Below are positions 24,585 to 36,227 of a stretch of DNA of 64,000 bases, piece after piece. Made by a program: the position numbers and the translations under genes. The notes under the pieces were generated by a model. It did not search any database. It was not told the origin of the DNA and saw only the letters and a list, made by a program, of their open reading frames with translations. Source of the stretch: Octopus sinensis. Taxonomy: Eukaryota. Where the stretch lies: assembly GCF_006345805.1 (NCBI RefSeq), contig NC_043003.1, positions 33,294,001 to 33,358,000 of the forward strand, written 5' to 3'. Each line of letters begins with the position of its first letter. Position 1 is the first letter of the stretch.

Positions 24585-26106
24585 GTATATTTTAAAAAAT
24601 TGTATCTATTGGTTTATGAAATTGTGTACGCGATGCATTATTATCTCTAATCTGGAGGTCAGAGTATATGAAGGTGATGGTTGTGGGTTGCAGCTATCAA
24701 CATGTTGGCGATATATATCGCCAGACTTGCATCAAAGTTTGTCCTATCTTATTGGTTAATCACTTCATTAGTTTTTTTTTCCTAACAAGGTTAAGTAAAC
24801 ATCTTGAACAATTTATAAAACTACTCAATGTTTTTACTGGCTGGATATTGTTGTCGCTTTAGTTGTCTATCCTGTAATTCAGATGTAATCGGGCAGAACG
24901 TTGATCAGACTTATTCGAACCATAATTATATTATGTTATTGATATAAAAAAATTATACTATTTGTGTGCATACATCGTTACAGCTAAATACACACTGATA
25001 TGAGGGAGATTTGTTTGTTATCCCTAGCAAAGTATGCAACCACATATAGAATCGCCCACTGCATGTGTAGATAAAAACTGATGGTTAGGAAACTACTTAT
25101 CGTCTATAAATCTAATAAAACCCCTAATGAAGACAGCGATTTCGTGAGCGATCTAGTATTTGCGAGAGTCCTTCGTCACTTGGAAGAAATTTTAGCGTAA
25201 TATCTTTTCAGGGTCTTTGAATATATTTTGGAGATGTACTCATCTAGAAAACAGCTTGTTTTTAAAAAAGGATGGGAGAAAACCAAATCACGCGACAAAC
25301 ATATTCACATGCGTGCTCGCATACATGCATAAAAATGAAAGTGTACAACCACACCTACATATAGATACAGATACACAAGCGCAAACGAACACACACACAC
25401 ACACAAATGCAAACACGTACAAGTAAAAGCATGCACTCACACTTTCAAAGGATGTTTTCGAATACGTTGCGACAACTCAGATGCGGAATATCTATCTCAT
25501 TACAGATCTCGCTCTTTTCATCACTATGAACAATCGGGCACACAATAGCAATTTTGAACACCACACACACATAAACGCATATATATATATATATATGTGT
25601 GTGTGTATGTATGTATATATGTATGTACGTATGTATGTATGTATGTATGTATGTATGAATGTATGTATGTATGTGTGTGTGTGCGTGTTTAAATATACAT
25701 AGCTTGTGGATATGCATGTGTGCGTACTGTTGCATAAAATGTACGGTCATCTATGTGCATTGATTGAATGGATTAAGAACATACCATCAGTTGGAATCCC
25801 TGTTTGCGCAGCCTTTACCGATCTATTATTATTCTCAATGGAGAAACTGAGGTTAGCGAGAAGGGAAAGACGAACAGTTCCTCAAACAATATAGTATTAT
25901 TTAATTTGAAACAATAGGAAGAGAAAAGACCCCAGAGGCAGAGTCATTGGATTTCTAGAGAAGCAAGGCCATTTATTCAGCCAGTCCGGAATATCTGTCA
26001 AAATAACAAGATATTGTAAACGTACTAGTATCTCATGTTGGTATTATTGAGAAACTAATGAGATTTTAGTCAGTTAACAAATGCATTACACATGGATAAT
26101 GTAACG

Positions 26107-26142
<36 letters not shown>

Positions 26143-26360
26143 AGATATAGTAGTAGTAATTTTAAAAGGAATATTCTTAGGAGCATGATGATATCGTTTC
26201 CAGTGCCGTATAGTGTGTCTAGTTATTTCACTTTGGGTCATAAAGGGGAATATCGATTCTACCTATATAGAGTGGAAAACTGACGTGCAACCAAATACCA
26301 GTATCGTATTCATACTACGAAAGAAAGTGAGAGCATCGACTAGAAACATTATTATTATTA

Positions 26361-26927
26361 AGGCGGCGAGCTGGCAGAATCGCTAGCATGCCGGGCGAAA
26401 TTCTTAGCGGTATTTCGTCTGCCGCTACGTTCTGAGTTCAAATTCCGCCGAGGTCGACTTTGCCTTTCATACATTCGGGGTCGATTAAATAAGTACCAGT
26501 TACGCACTGGGGTTGATATAATCGACTTAATCCGTTTGTCTGTTCTTGTTTGTCCCTTCTGTGTTTAGCCTCTTGTGGGTAGTAAAGAAATAGGTATTTC
26601 GTTCGTGCTTACATTCCGAGTTCAAATTCAACCGAGGTCGGTTTAGCCTTTCGGAGTCGATTAAATAAGCACCAGTTACGCACTGGAGTTAATGTAATCG
26701 ACTAGCTCCCTCCCACCAAATTTTAGGCTTTGTGCCTATAGTATAAAGGAATATTAAGTCGGCCAGCTATAAGAAGCATTAGCACACCGGACAAAATGCT
26801 TAGCGACATTTCCTCCGTATTTATGTTCTGGAGTTCAAATTCCGCTGAGGTCGATTTTGCCTTTCATCCATTCGGGTCGATAAAAAGAGTACTACTTGAG
26901 CACTGGGGTCGATGTAATCGACTTACC
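26361..26927 (+). mobile_element. Cluster of Meta-domain tRNA SINEs (dimer plus diverged monomer)
   Basis: AGGCGGCGAGCTGGCAGAA head, with B box and central domain repeated three times. Confidence 0.85.
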
Positions 26928-26930
26928 AAA

Positions 26931-27630
26931 ATCTGGACTGCTATGATAAACCCTTCTGCTTCTGATTTTAAGCCATAAGACTCTGACCAGTGATGGGTAA
27001 GGGCTTTGTCAATTTCGGCACAATTAGCTCTCTTTGGATATTTATTATTGAGAGGTTTTTCTTGCCATTTGTCAGTAAGAATATCTAAGGCAACAATTTT
27101 AGCTCGAATTTTCATACGCTTAGGTTTTCTGTGATTGTTTCTAGTACGTCTAAGTCTGGAATTTGCTGTATTTGGAATATGCCTATTGTCTCTTTGTCAC
27201 AGGTTTCTGGAATTTGGCTTTGAAGCCAATATTTTTCTCACTCACCGCAGGTACTCTCTTTTTGTTTTTTCCTTCATGTCGTGGTATTTAATTCCGTCTG
27301 CCTCAAGCATTCCTAGGTATTTATAGCTAGACTGAGGTTGAATTCACTTCATCGTTTCACCACTTGGCGACCATATGCCTTCTGTCTTGGCAAGATTTCC
27401 ACGTCTCATCACCATCGTAGTACAATTTGAGATTCCAATCTCCATCTTAATATCATTGGAGAAAATCCCCAGACTGGATTAGGCTGATCAATTCTGCCTC
27501 AGATTTTGTGAATAGCTTCAAGTCGTCTATGAACAGCAGCGGTTCAGTTTTCCCTTGCCTCTACCCAGATCATACCCCAACTTTGTTTTCTATAGTATTT
27601 CACTCGAGGGGGCCATTCCCAGCACGATAC

Positions 27631-27632
<2 letters not shown>
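26931..27632 (-). mobile_element. R4/Dong-like LINE fragment (RT core plus pre-RLE region), 5' end abutting (AAT)n
   Basis: Reads LLFIDDLKLF, SYKYLGMLEADGIK and KWQEKPLNNKYPKRAN...GLKSEAEGFIIAVQ. Internally deleted, with (ATT)n at 27633-27715. Confidence 0.9.
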
Positions 27633-27716
<84 letters not shown>

Positions 27717-28389
27717 GTTATATTCTAATATGATTAAATTACTGGCGAGTAAAATGATGATTGTTGTAGGAATTTATTATGTTTAACAGCGAGGATTGTC
27801 AGAAAACTAACTAAAAATAATTTTGCGATGAAGGAAAAGAAAGAAACAATATTAAAGATTGACTGATGGTATTTTAATTATTTCGGCAATTACAAGAGAA
27901 CATCTCAAGATAACTTGTCTTCCGTAATTTCCGAAATAATTAAAACAATATTACTCATTAGATTTTTCTTTACAGCAAAATTATTTCTTGTTTGCCTTCT
28001 GATACCCCTATATAATGTTTTAACACTAACGTAATTGTTTATTATGATTTTATATGGAAGCTGAACAAATACGAGTGTTATATTAGCTAAAAACAAAAAG
28101 GAACTCATTCCAGCAACAGAATCCATAAATGAGACAGTTTTTAAGTTTTCATTTGAATGTTTTTTTTTTATTTTCAGTCTTATATTTTACTGGTTTCAGC
28201 CAGCGGATGAGCCCATACTGCTGCACCGCCTTTTAGCGTGAGTGTTTTTCGCTTTCTTATACTGCTTCTGGCAAAGTAGCAAATCGCAGGGAACTCCTCC
28301 TCTTTGTGGTACATGCCACAGAGTGGGTTTATCCTGTAGTTCAGATGAAAAGTTGTCCAGACTTGTTTTGAAGACTCCACAGCTACACT

Positions 28390-28520
28390 TCTCAAATCCG
28401 CATCGTTCATCTTATAATCTTCAGCAGAGTTATGGGCCTAAACTTGTCTATTTGGTTTCCCTATTTTCGGGAACTTTCTCAGCAACACCACCACGCCAGC
28501 TGCTAAATTTTGTCAACAAT
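28390..28520 (-). mobile_element. Small Tx1/L1-type RT fragment
   Basis: Frameshifted GVVVLLRK...GNQIDKFRPITLL. Confidence 0.55.
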
Positions 28521-28691
28521 AACTTTAAATCTCATGCTCTCCCATGCTGTCGACAATTACATTAATCTGTTCCTAAAAAGGGAGGCATAAAATTTGCCAG
28601 ATTTTACCCCCAAACCCTGTGCGTATATCTATATCTATAACTATATCTATCTACACACACACGCGCGCGCGAACACAGACACACACGCATT

Positions 28692-29054
28692 ATTTTACTT
28701 GCTTCAGTCATTAAGCTGCGGCCATGCTGAAGCATACTTTTAATCGAACAAATCGACCTCGGGACTCATTATTTGTAAGCCTAGTACTTATTCAATCGGT
28801 ATCTTTTTCGAACCCGCTAAGTAAGGAGTAAGTAAACACAAACATCGGCTGAGTGCGATGGTGGGGGTCAAGCACACACACACACGGATAGATACATACG
28901 ACGGGCTTCTTTGAGCTTCTGTCTACCAAATTCACTCATAGGGCTTTGGTCGGCCCGAAGCTACAGTAGAAGACACTGGCCCAAGGTGCTACGCTTTGGG
29001 AGTGAACCCGGAACCATGTGGTTGGGAAGCAAGTTTCTTACCACACAGCCACGC
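28692..29054 (-). mobile_element. OR-type SINE, full length
   Basis: Both halves are present with a short internal (CA)n. Confidence 0.88.
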
Positions 29055-29183
29055 TACGATATATAGCCGACCCTCGGGCGGCATTCACGCTAGCTCATGC
29101 TGAGGTATTCAGGCCTACCATCAGGCCACTTCGCGTCCCTCCACCCTTGTGTAATGAGACTTATATCTGCAAATGTGTTAAGA

Positions 29184-29559
29184 ACTAGTGCTGGTCATAG
29201 TTTTCTCAATAAGCGTAGGAGCGAGGTAAATGCAGTAAAAATAGGGGGTGGGTTCAGTTGGGCCTCATTTAAGAGGCCCTTCAGAAATTGAACCTCCTTC
29301 TGGCACTCCCTGAGAATTCATGGCGTCAAATTCTTTGTCATTGCTCCGATTTGGTCGCCACGCATGTATTTAGTTTAAAATGCAGTAAAAATCGGGAAAT
29401 CAATGTGACACCAATTAGGTGGCCTTTAAAAAAATAAACCCCCTTAGGACATTCCCTGGGATTAGAGGAGTTGCTGGTTTGAGTTTTGTCGTCCTTGTAC
29501 CATCGGTCTAGGAGGTGTTAACGAACATAAAAACGTAACGGACAGAGAAACACCACTCA

Positions 29560-29570
<11 letters not shown>
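29184..29570 (-). mobile_element. Possible non-autonomous Helitron-like element
   Basis: The minus strand begins (TA)n-AAACTTGAG...CTGTCCG...CTCCTAGACCG and ends CACTAG followed by T. No convincing 3' hairpin was found. Confidence 0.35.
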
Positions 29571-29602
<32 letters not shown>

Positions 29603-29605
29603 TAT

Positions 29606-29643
<38 letters not shown>

Positions 29644-29774
29644 CTTGTTTAAATTATCTCTGAGATATTTATAGAAATATTATAGTAATCACTGATTTCT
29701 GTTACGGCGTTCGTATCCAGATGCCAGATGCAAAGAAACAGTGAGATCAAAGATGAAAAATGAGTAATGAGCCT

Positions 29775-29816
29775 AGGCGCCTTATTTCAGGACTTTTTGC
29801 TCCTTCATCAGCACCC
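29775..29816 (-). ncRNA. Degenerate hammerhead motif
   Basis: GGGTG CTGATGA AGGA..TCCT GAAA ... CGCCT. The core and stems I/II are recognisable but the NUH triplet is lost. Confidence 0.4.
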
Positions 29817-30504
29817 ATCTAACCTATTAATCATCTACAGAATATCGAAAGAGACAGTTTTTACAATTGATGTAAAGAGGACTACTAACAGTTGAACAAA
29901 ATATTGACTTAATATCGTATATTATTGTAGCAAAACGTTTACTATACTTTACCATATATTATGGTTGTATAACGAAATACCTTGTGCCTACCAATCATTA
30001 ACATACATAGATATATACATGCATACCTACACCCTTACATATGAAGACTAGTGTAAAATATGGTACCAAATTTATAGAATGAAAAAAAAAATATATATGA
30101 ATACACACACATGTATGTATTCATTGAATATTATACTACTCATTTCTTTTTTCTCGCGGTTTTGACGGTAGGTTCATTTCTAATATAATGACAGTTTCAA
30201 TAGGTGTGAATTTTTTTGTCGTCATAGGCTGTGTTACTCAAAGATGGCTACATGATAGAATAGTAAATTCAAACTAACTGTCATTTATTTCCCAAATAAA
30301 AATAATAGAGTTTGCTAATTATCATTTATTACTGCTTGGCAGATGAAACTGTCTGAAACACAAGTGGATATATTTTGCAATTATATCTCCAAAATATGGT
30401 TTTAGTGGCATAGGAGCTAATATGCCCATTTTCTCTTTATATTCACTCGGATACTTAAGAAACCTCTGTTATTTTCGCACAAAGTCAGCAAATATGATAG
30501 TGGG

Positions 30505-30682
30505 GAAGTCGGTACATAACTGGTACTTATTTAGTACATATCTGGTACTTATTTACTAGATTCGGAAAGAATTAAAAGCAAATTCGACCTCAGTGGAAGT
30601 TGACCTCAGAGCGTAAAAACGGACTAAATACCGCTAAGCATTTTGTCCGGGGTGCTAACGATTGTGCTAGCACAGCCGCCTT
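30505..30682 (-). mobile_element. Diverged Meta-domain tRNA SINE
   Basis: Homologous to 20400-20597. Confidence 0.7.
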
Positions 30683-30995
30683 AAGATAGTTAATTACGAA
30701 AAAAATTTTCATTAAATATTCATAAAATTATTTTAAAGGCGAGCGAAATAGGGAATGTAACACAAAATAGATCTCCAAGTGTATTAGTTGTACAATAAAC
30801 AGCAAAGACTAATCCAAAAAGAAAACCACGCCATTGACTCAGGATGGCACAAGCTTGGAATGAAATATATCTACATCGTTCCCTATTTTAAACTAAGTTG
30901 ATTTATATTGTACTATATTTAAGAGATGAGAAATTATGCGCATTATTTACATTATTTACATTCAACGAATATGTGTCCTCATCTTGTTTGTTGTT

Positions 30996-31041
30996 AACAC
31001 AACGTTTCGGCTGATATCCCTTCCAGCCTTCTTCAGGTATC
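30996..31041 (-). ncRNA. Minimal (dimer-type) hammerhead in the inverted pLTR
   Basis: GATAC CTGAAGA A GGCTG..CAGCC GAAACGTT GTGTT. Confidence 0.8.
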
Positions 31042-31564
31042 TTGGGGAAATTTCGATGTTATTATTATTATTGTTGTTGTTGTTGTTCAGATCACTGCTT
31101 GGAATCGAACTCGGAATCTTGGGGTTAGTAGCCCGCGCTTAACCGCTACGCCATATGCCCGTGGGCAATTATGTAGTGAATTTTAGAAGAGAATATGACT
31201 AAAGACTGTGTGTACTCCATTCCATGCAGCTGTGGTAGGTTATACAAAGGCGAAACATGCCGCCCCCCTCAAAATAAGGGTAGACGAATATCGCAAAGCT
31301 GTGACACGAGGAGATATTGATAAATCGAATATAGCTTATTCTGTATGGAAAAATGGAGACCTCCTCCCCACGTGGAATGAAGTTAAAACAATATGCAGAG
31401 AACACCACTGGAAAATACGAACTCTAAAAGAAGCAGCGCATATGCTAGGACACGACAACTTCCTAAGCAGACCGAGTGCAGGTATGAGCAGCATATGGGA
31501 AGCGGTATTGAGGAAGGATAGAAAAAATATTAGATTTATATGCCTTAATACACTCCATAACAGC

Positions 31565-31650
31565 CCACGAGCATATGGCGTAGTGATTAAGAGCGCAGGC
31601 TACTAACCCCAAAATTCCGATTTCGATTCCAAGCAGTGACCTGAACAATA
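31565..31650 (+). other. tRNA-derived (SINE-head-like) segment with A and B boxes inside the Penelope pLTR; mirror copy at about 31085-31165 (-)
   Basis: TGGCGTAG(T/C)G(A/G)TTAAG A box and G(A/T)TTCGATTCC B box, with anticodon-loop-like CTACTAA. No complete acceptor stem. Confidence 0.7.
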
Positions 31651-31706
31651 ATAATAATATCAAAAAATACCTTAGGGATGAGAACCCAGGTTTGAAATTT
31701 CCCCAA

Positions 31707-31752
31707 GACACCTGAAGAAGGCTGGAGGGTGTATCAGCCGAAACGTTGTGTT
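31707..31752 (+). ncRNA. Minimal (dimer-type) hammerhead in the 3' pLTR
   Basis: Stem I GACAC/GTGTT, CTGAAGA plus one extra A, stem II GGCTG/CAGCC, GAAA and a palindromic AACGTT stem III. Confidence 0.85.
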
Positions 31753-32912
31753 AACAACAAACAAGACGAGGAAAAAATATCCGTTGAATGTAAATAATGT
31801 ATGTTGGTTTATTCTAATTTGGCCGAACGAAATTAAGCGAACGCGAAACACTGAATTTAGTTTTAAATGTGGAATCATTTTAAAATATAACACTCCACGA
31901 AACGGACAGTTTATATACTACCAGTAAACACATGTGACTTTGCAATCAGAATCCTGTATCTTATCAGATCTGTTTTTGAATAAGATAAATATATTCTTCG
32001 TACTCATAAGTAAATTCCGTAACAATATATCAAAGTATTTCTTGAAATCTTCTTCTCGTTTACACCATTTTACAGTGATACATCGTTTCTTATCTATATA
32101 AGGAGCCGATGCTGTGAAGTCCACTTTGAATTATATCTATATCTATATTTCAGCGCATCACAAGGAGTTGCAAGCTGTTTGCTGAATATTTTCAAGATTG
32201 TTTATTTTCGATTACATATATGCATTCACTTATTGGGATTTTTCCCGTTGTGAATATTTGTTCATGAATCATATACATCTACGGAAAACTGTTTTATATT
32301 GCCACACAGGAATTTTGAATCTGATAAATGATGTAAAGCAAAAATACAATCTTCCTTTTAGGTAAGGAAATAAAACAGTTGTTTTTATCTTTTCTTTCAC
32401 TTGTTTCAGTCATTGGAGCGATTTAGTCGAACTAATCGAACACTGGCACTTTTATTCAATCGGTGTCTTTTGCCGAACCATTATTTTTGTGGGGACGTAT
32501 GCAAACCATCAGTGGTTGTCAAGCGGTAATAGAGAACAGAAACCTCAAAGATACACGAAGATGCACTCACAAATACATACATACATATACACATACATAC
32601 ATATATACATACATACATTCAAGCATGCATGCATACATACATACATACACACACACACGCACATATATATATATATATATTCTTTTTTCTTTTAATCTTT
32701 TATTTGTTTCAGACATTTGTCTGCAGTCATCCTGGAGCACCGATTTTAATCGAGCAAATCAACCCTAGAACTAATTCTTTATAAGACTAGTACTTATTTT
32801 ATCGGGCTTTTTTGCTGAACCACTAAGTTACGGGGGCGTAAACAAGCCAACAGCGGTTGTTAAGTGATGGTGAGGGGAGAAAACACTGATACACACACGC
32901 ATATATATATAT

Positions 32913-33503
32913 ATTAATATGTTCAATAAGAAATAATTATTTTCGAAATTTATTCTCTTATGAGGTTTTCACGCTATCTACCTGACAATTTCTTGTTAAG
33001 TTTTCCTTATTAAGTAGTTGTCCTTAATTGCTAAATTTTTATTCCGAAAAACTTTTCCTTTCCCGAAATGCAATTCGTAAAAGTATGCCATTTACAGGAT
33101 GTAATATATGTAAACTCACCCATGTGCTTCGTTGATGTTGATCAGTTAGCTGATCGGCTTAAGCGGGGCAGGGTCGTTTATTTATGATACATTCAGGCCT
33201 GCTGATGAATACGTAAGTATGAAATCACTGTGATACAGGTCTATATTTTTTAAATGTCTTACTTTGAAAAATTGCATTCGGTGGGATTAGTAATATTTTT
33301 GGTAGAAATGACTAATTGTCCCTCTTAGCGTGTGGCATGTATGTATAATGCCCTCTGGCATGTATGTATAATGCCCTCTATATATAAATTAATATGTTCA
33401 ATAAGAAATAATTATTTTCGAAATTATTCTCTTATGAGGTTTTCACGCTATCTACCTGACAATTCTTGTTAAGTTTTCCTTATTAAGTAGTTGTCCTTAA
33501 TTG

Positions 33504-33506
<3 letters not shown>
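32913..33506 (+). mobile_element. 475-bp hammerhead-containing unit with ~120-bp terminal direct repeat (retrozyme-like)
   Basis: 32913-33033 repeats at 33388-33506. (TA)n flanks both sides, a hammerhead lies within, and there is no ORF. Confidence 0.75.
33195..33242 (+). ncRNA. Canonical type I hammerhead ribozyme
   Basis: Stem I AGGCCTG/CAGGTCT (7 bp), CTGATGA (33202-08), stem II ATAC-GTAA-GTAT, GAAA (33221-24), stem III ATCA-CTG-TGAT and cleavage triplet AUA (predicted cut after 33235). Confidence 0.88.
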
Positions 33507-33551
<45 letters not shown>

Positions 33552-33672
33552 GAAGTGCTTCTTTCTGTTTCCATGTACCAAGTCCACTCACTAGACCGTA
33601 CAAGAATACATTTCCCCAAGGTGCCAAGCAGTGGGACTGAACCTGAAGTATGTGACTGGGAAGCTTCTTTAT

Positions 33673-33710
<38 letters not shown>

Positions 33711-33838
33711 TCACATATACATATACACACACATTTATATATGTATATATATTTAAATATATATATATATCTGTCAATCTATCTATATATATACATTCAT
33801 AGATGCAGATATATATGCACACATATCTATACATACAT

Positions 33839-33874
<36 letters not shown>

Positions 33875-33888
33875 TATATACATATATG

Positions 33889-33946
<58 letters not shown>

Positions 33947-34278
33947 TATATATATAATATATATATATATATGTATGTATGAATGTATGTAACGGGCTTT
34001 ATCATAGTTACTTTCAACCAAAATCCTTCATTAGGAATTGCTCTGCCTGGGACTTTAGTAGAAGACACTCAATGTGGCGTGCAGTGAGTCTCAAAAAGCA
34101 AGCTTTTTAAGCACAAAACCATGACTCACTTTACGATATATTTCATAACAGTGTAATACGAGTCATGTGACCATATATAAAGTTGGCTACGGTTGGAGCC
34201 ATACCGCACTGGACGTTAGAGACGATACATATATTAACTATTGGTAATGAAATGTTTGACATTCTTCAACTTGCATTG

Positions 34279-34310
<32 letters not shown>

Positions 34311-34329
34311 CATTTTTAAATCTCGACAA

Positions 34330-34775
34330 TGTAAAGTATAATAGCCATCTCAATATGGCTAACCACAAAGGATCACGATGAAAGACAAGGCCTGTTTGCA
34401 AATATATAAGAGTTTTTCTAGTGACTTCTGACACTGATTTCGAAAAACTTCTGAGATTTAATAATGCTTGCAGTCAGTTTTTCGAAATCAGTGGCAGAAG
34501 TCACTAGAAAAACTCTTATATATTTGCAAACAGGCCTTGTCTTTCATCATGATCCGGTGATTACCGCCCGTTGATAAGAGACAATAATCTCGAAACCGCG
34601 GTCCGGTGCGTATCACTTAGGCTTACGAGAAAGGGATGGCCTCCCTTTGCAAATACCTTAAGGGCACAGGAATTGTGTCTAAAGCCAGCTGGAGACGATG
34701 ATCTCCTGGGGCTAAAAAGCTACAGTAACACCCCCCTTTGTGGTTAGCCATATTGAGATGGCTATTATACTTTAC

Positions 34776-34776
<1 letters not shown>
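34330..34776. mobile_element. MITE-like element with 42-bp TIRs enclosing a 79-bp-arm palindrome
   Basis: TIRs at 34330-34371 and 34735-34776. Inner arms at 34371-34449 and 34476-34554 have two mismatches. Confidence 0.85.
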
Positions 34777-34813
<37 letters not shown>

Positions 34814-36227
34814 GTAGGTCCCGGGTTGATTCGGGGTTAACCACAGTAAATAAGGTACTCAATACATATAAATAAATAAATATATATATATATAATATAA
34901 ATAAATATATATTATATATAAATTAAATATATATATATATATATAATATATATATTATATTATATATATATATATATAGATAAATTATTTTATACACCGT
35001 ATGTCATGCAAATCCTACTTTCATGATAATGAAGAAGATCGTAAAAATACGGTAATGCATGATTTTATACAGCGTGTTGGTCTCAAAAGGCCATATATAA
35101 TTACATAATTAAAGGTAGCACTATCGTTACTTTGGAGTAGTTCTTATTTTAATATTGCCAATATTTATTGGCTAGGAAAAGTATATGGTTAAGGAAATAT
35201 ATTCAGAATTATACAACGGAATATTCCTTTAATTTCTTATCGTATAAGAAGGTTATTGGATTTATATGTTAACTGTTGAATAATATATTTTGAATACCTG
35301 AGAGCAAACTGGTAATCGTTTTGCGCTACTTGGTGTTTTAATTTTGGTTACGGACTTAACATCCAGCAAGGATGCATAAGCAGTCAGTCGAAATTTCATA
35401 CCATTGCCGTTGTTTTTGTACTAGCTATAAAAGTAATAACTTCAGCGTAACATTGCCCAAAGTGCTAATCAGTGGAACTGAACGCAAAGCCATGTGGACT
35501 GGAAGCAAACTTCTCACCTCACAGCCACACAAAATGACACACGCGCACGCGCTCGCTCGCAAGAAAGTGTACTGATGGCATACATTAACAGACAATTAAG
35601 TGCAAGAGCCAGAGACGTTGGAGGTTAAAAAAAGGATTAAAAAATAGCAAACAGAAGCAGAAGTGATAGGCGTGCAAGAAAAGAAATCTATAAAAGTCTG
35701 TTATCATATCTAAACTACATCATCTATTATTAGAGTTATCTTTTCCCCCAAAGGACAATGGTGTCAAAAAGGTTAGCAATGCTGTTTCACTTCCAGTTTC
35801 ATTTTGTCATTTTTTTTTTCAGCAATTCCAATTTTTTTTTTGCCATGTAAGCTTTGTCAAGATCTCAAATATCAGAAGAAATTTTTGATTTTATCATATT
35901 TTTCTTATTCGTAAAGCACATTTATAAATACAGGCATATGGAAATGTAGGGTATATCTTTGCTTATTTGCATTTCTGCTTACGTGTCTACGTATCATTTG
36001 TGTATTGGTGAATTTATATATGTATATATATATATGTATATATACATATATAAATATATATATATATATATATACTCTCACACACACACACATATATATA
36101 TACATATATTTATATATATATATATATATATATATAATTTCAACAATTGAGGGTAAAATTAATTAATTAATCAATTTCACCAAGTTCAGTATGCAAAGGG
36201 ACCATTTAAGGCGAATTCAATTATTAC

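Larger units (their letters stand above)
30948..31801 (+). mobile_element. 5'-truncated Penelope-like element: GIY-YIG C-terminus flanked by inverted pseudo-LTRs
   Basis: Reads VYSIPCSCGRLYKGETCR(P)LKIRVDEYRKAV...EHHWKIRTLKEAAHM. 30948-31173 is the reverse complement of 31556-31801, and the left copy lacks about 30 nt. Confidence 0.9.
32690..33670 (-). mobile_element. OR-type SINE split by an insertion in its internal (TA)n
   Basis: 3' half at 32690-32900 and diverged 5' half at 33550-33670. Confidence 0.7.

Noticed and set aside
29066-29093. GC hairpin followed by CTAG (Helitron 3' end signature) on the plus strand
   Set aside because: There is no matching 5' end in that orientation, since upstream is a SINE head. 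Insufficient support.
31565-31650. Functional tRNA gene
   Set aside because: It has A/B boxes but no complete acceptor stem, and the two copies differ at box positions. Treated as a tRNA-derived segment.
31918-32124. Minus-strand 68-aa ORF with protein-like composition (YIDKKRCITVKWCKREEDF..)
   Set aside because: There is an in-frame stop immediately upstream, no ATG start or good acceptor, and no recognisable motif. It cannot be supported without a homology search.
35823-35846. 24-nt micro-exon between a T-rich acceptor and a GTAAGC donor
   Set aside because: It is mostly poly-T, and such site pairs arise easily in this AT-rich sequence.
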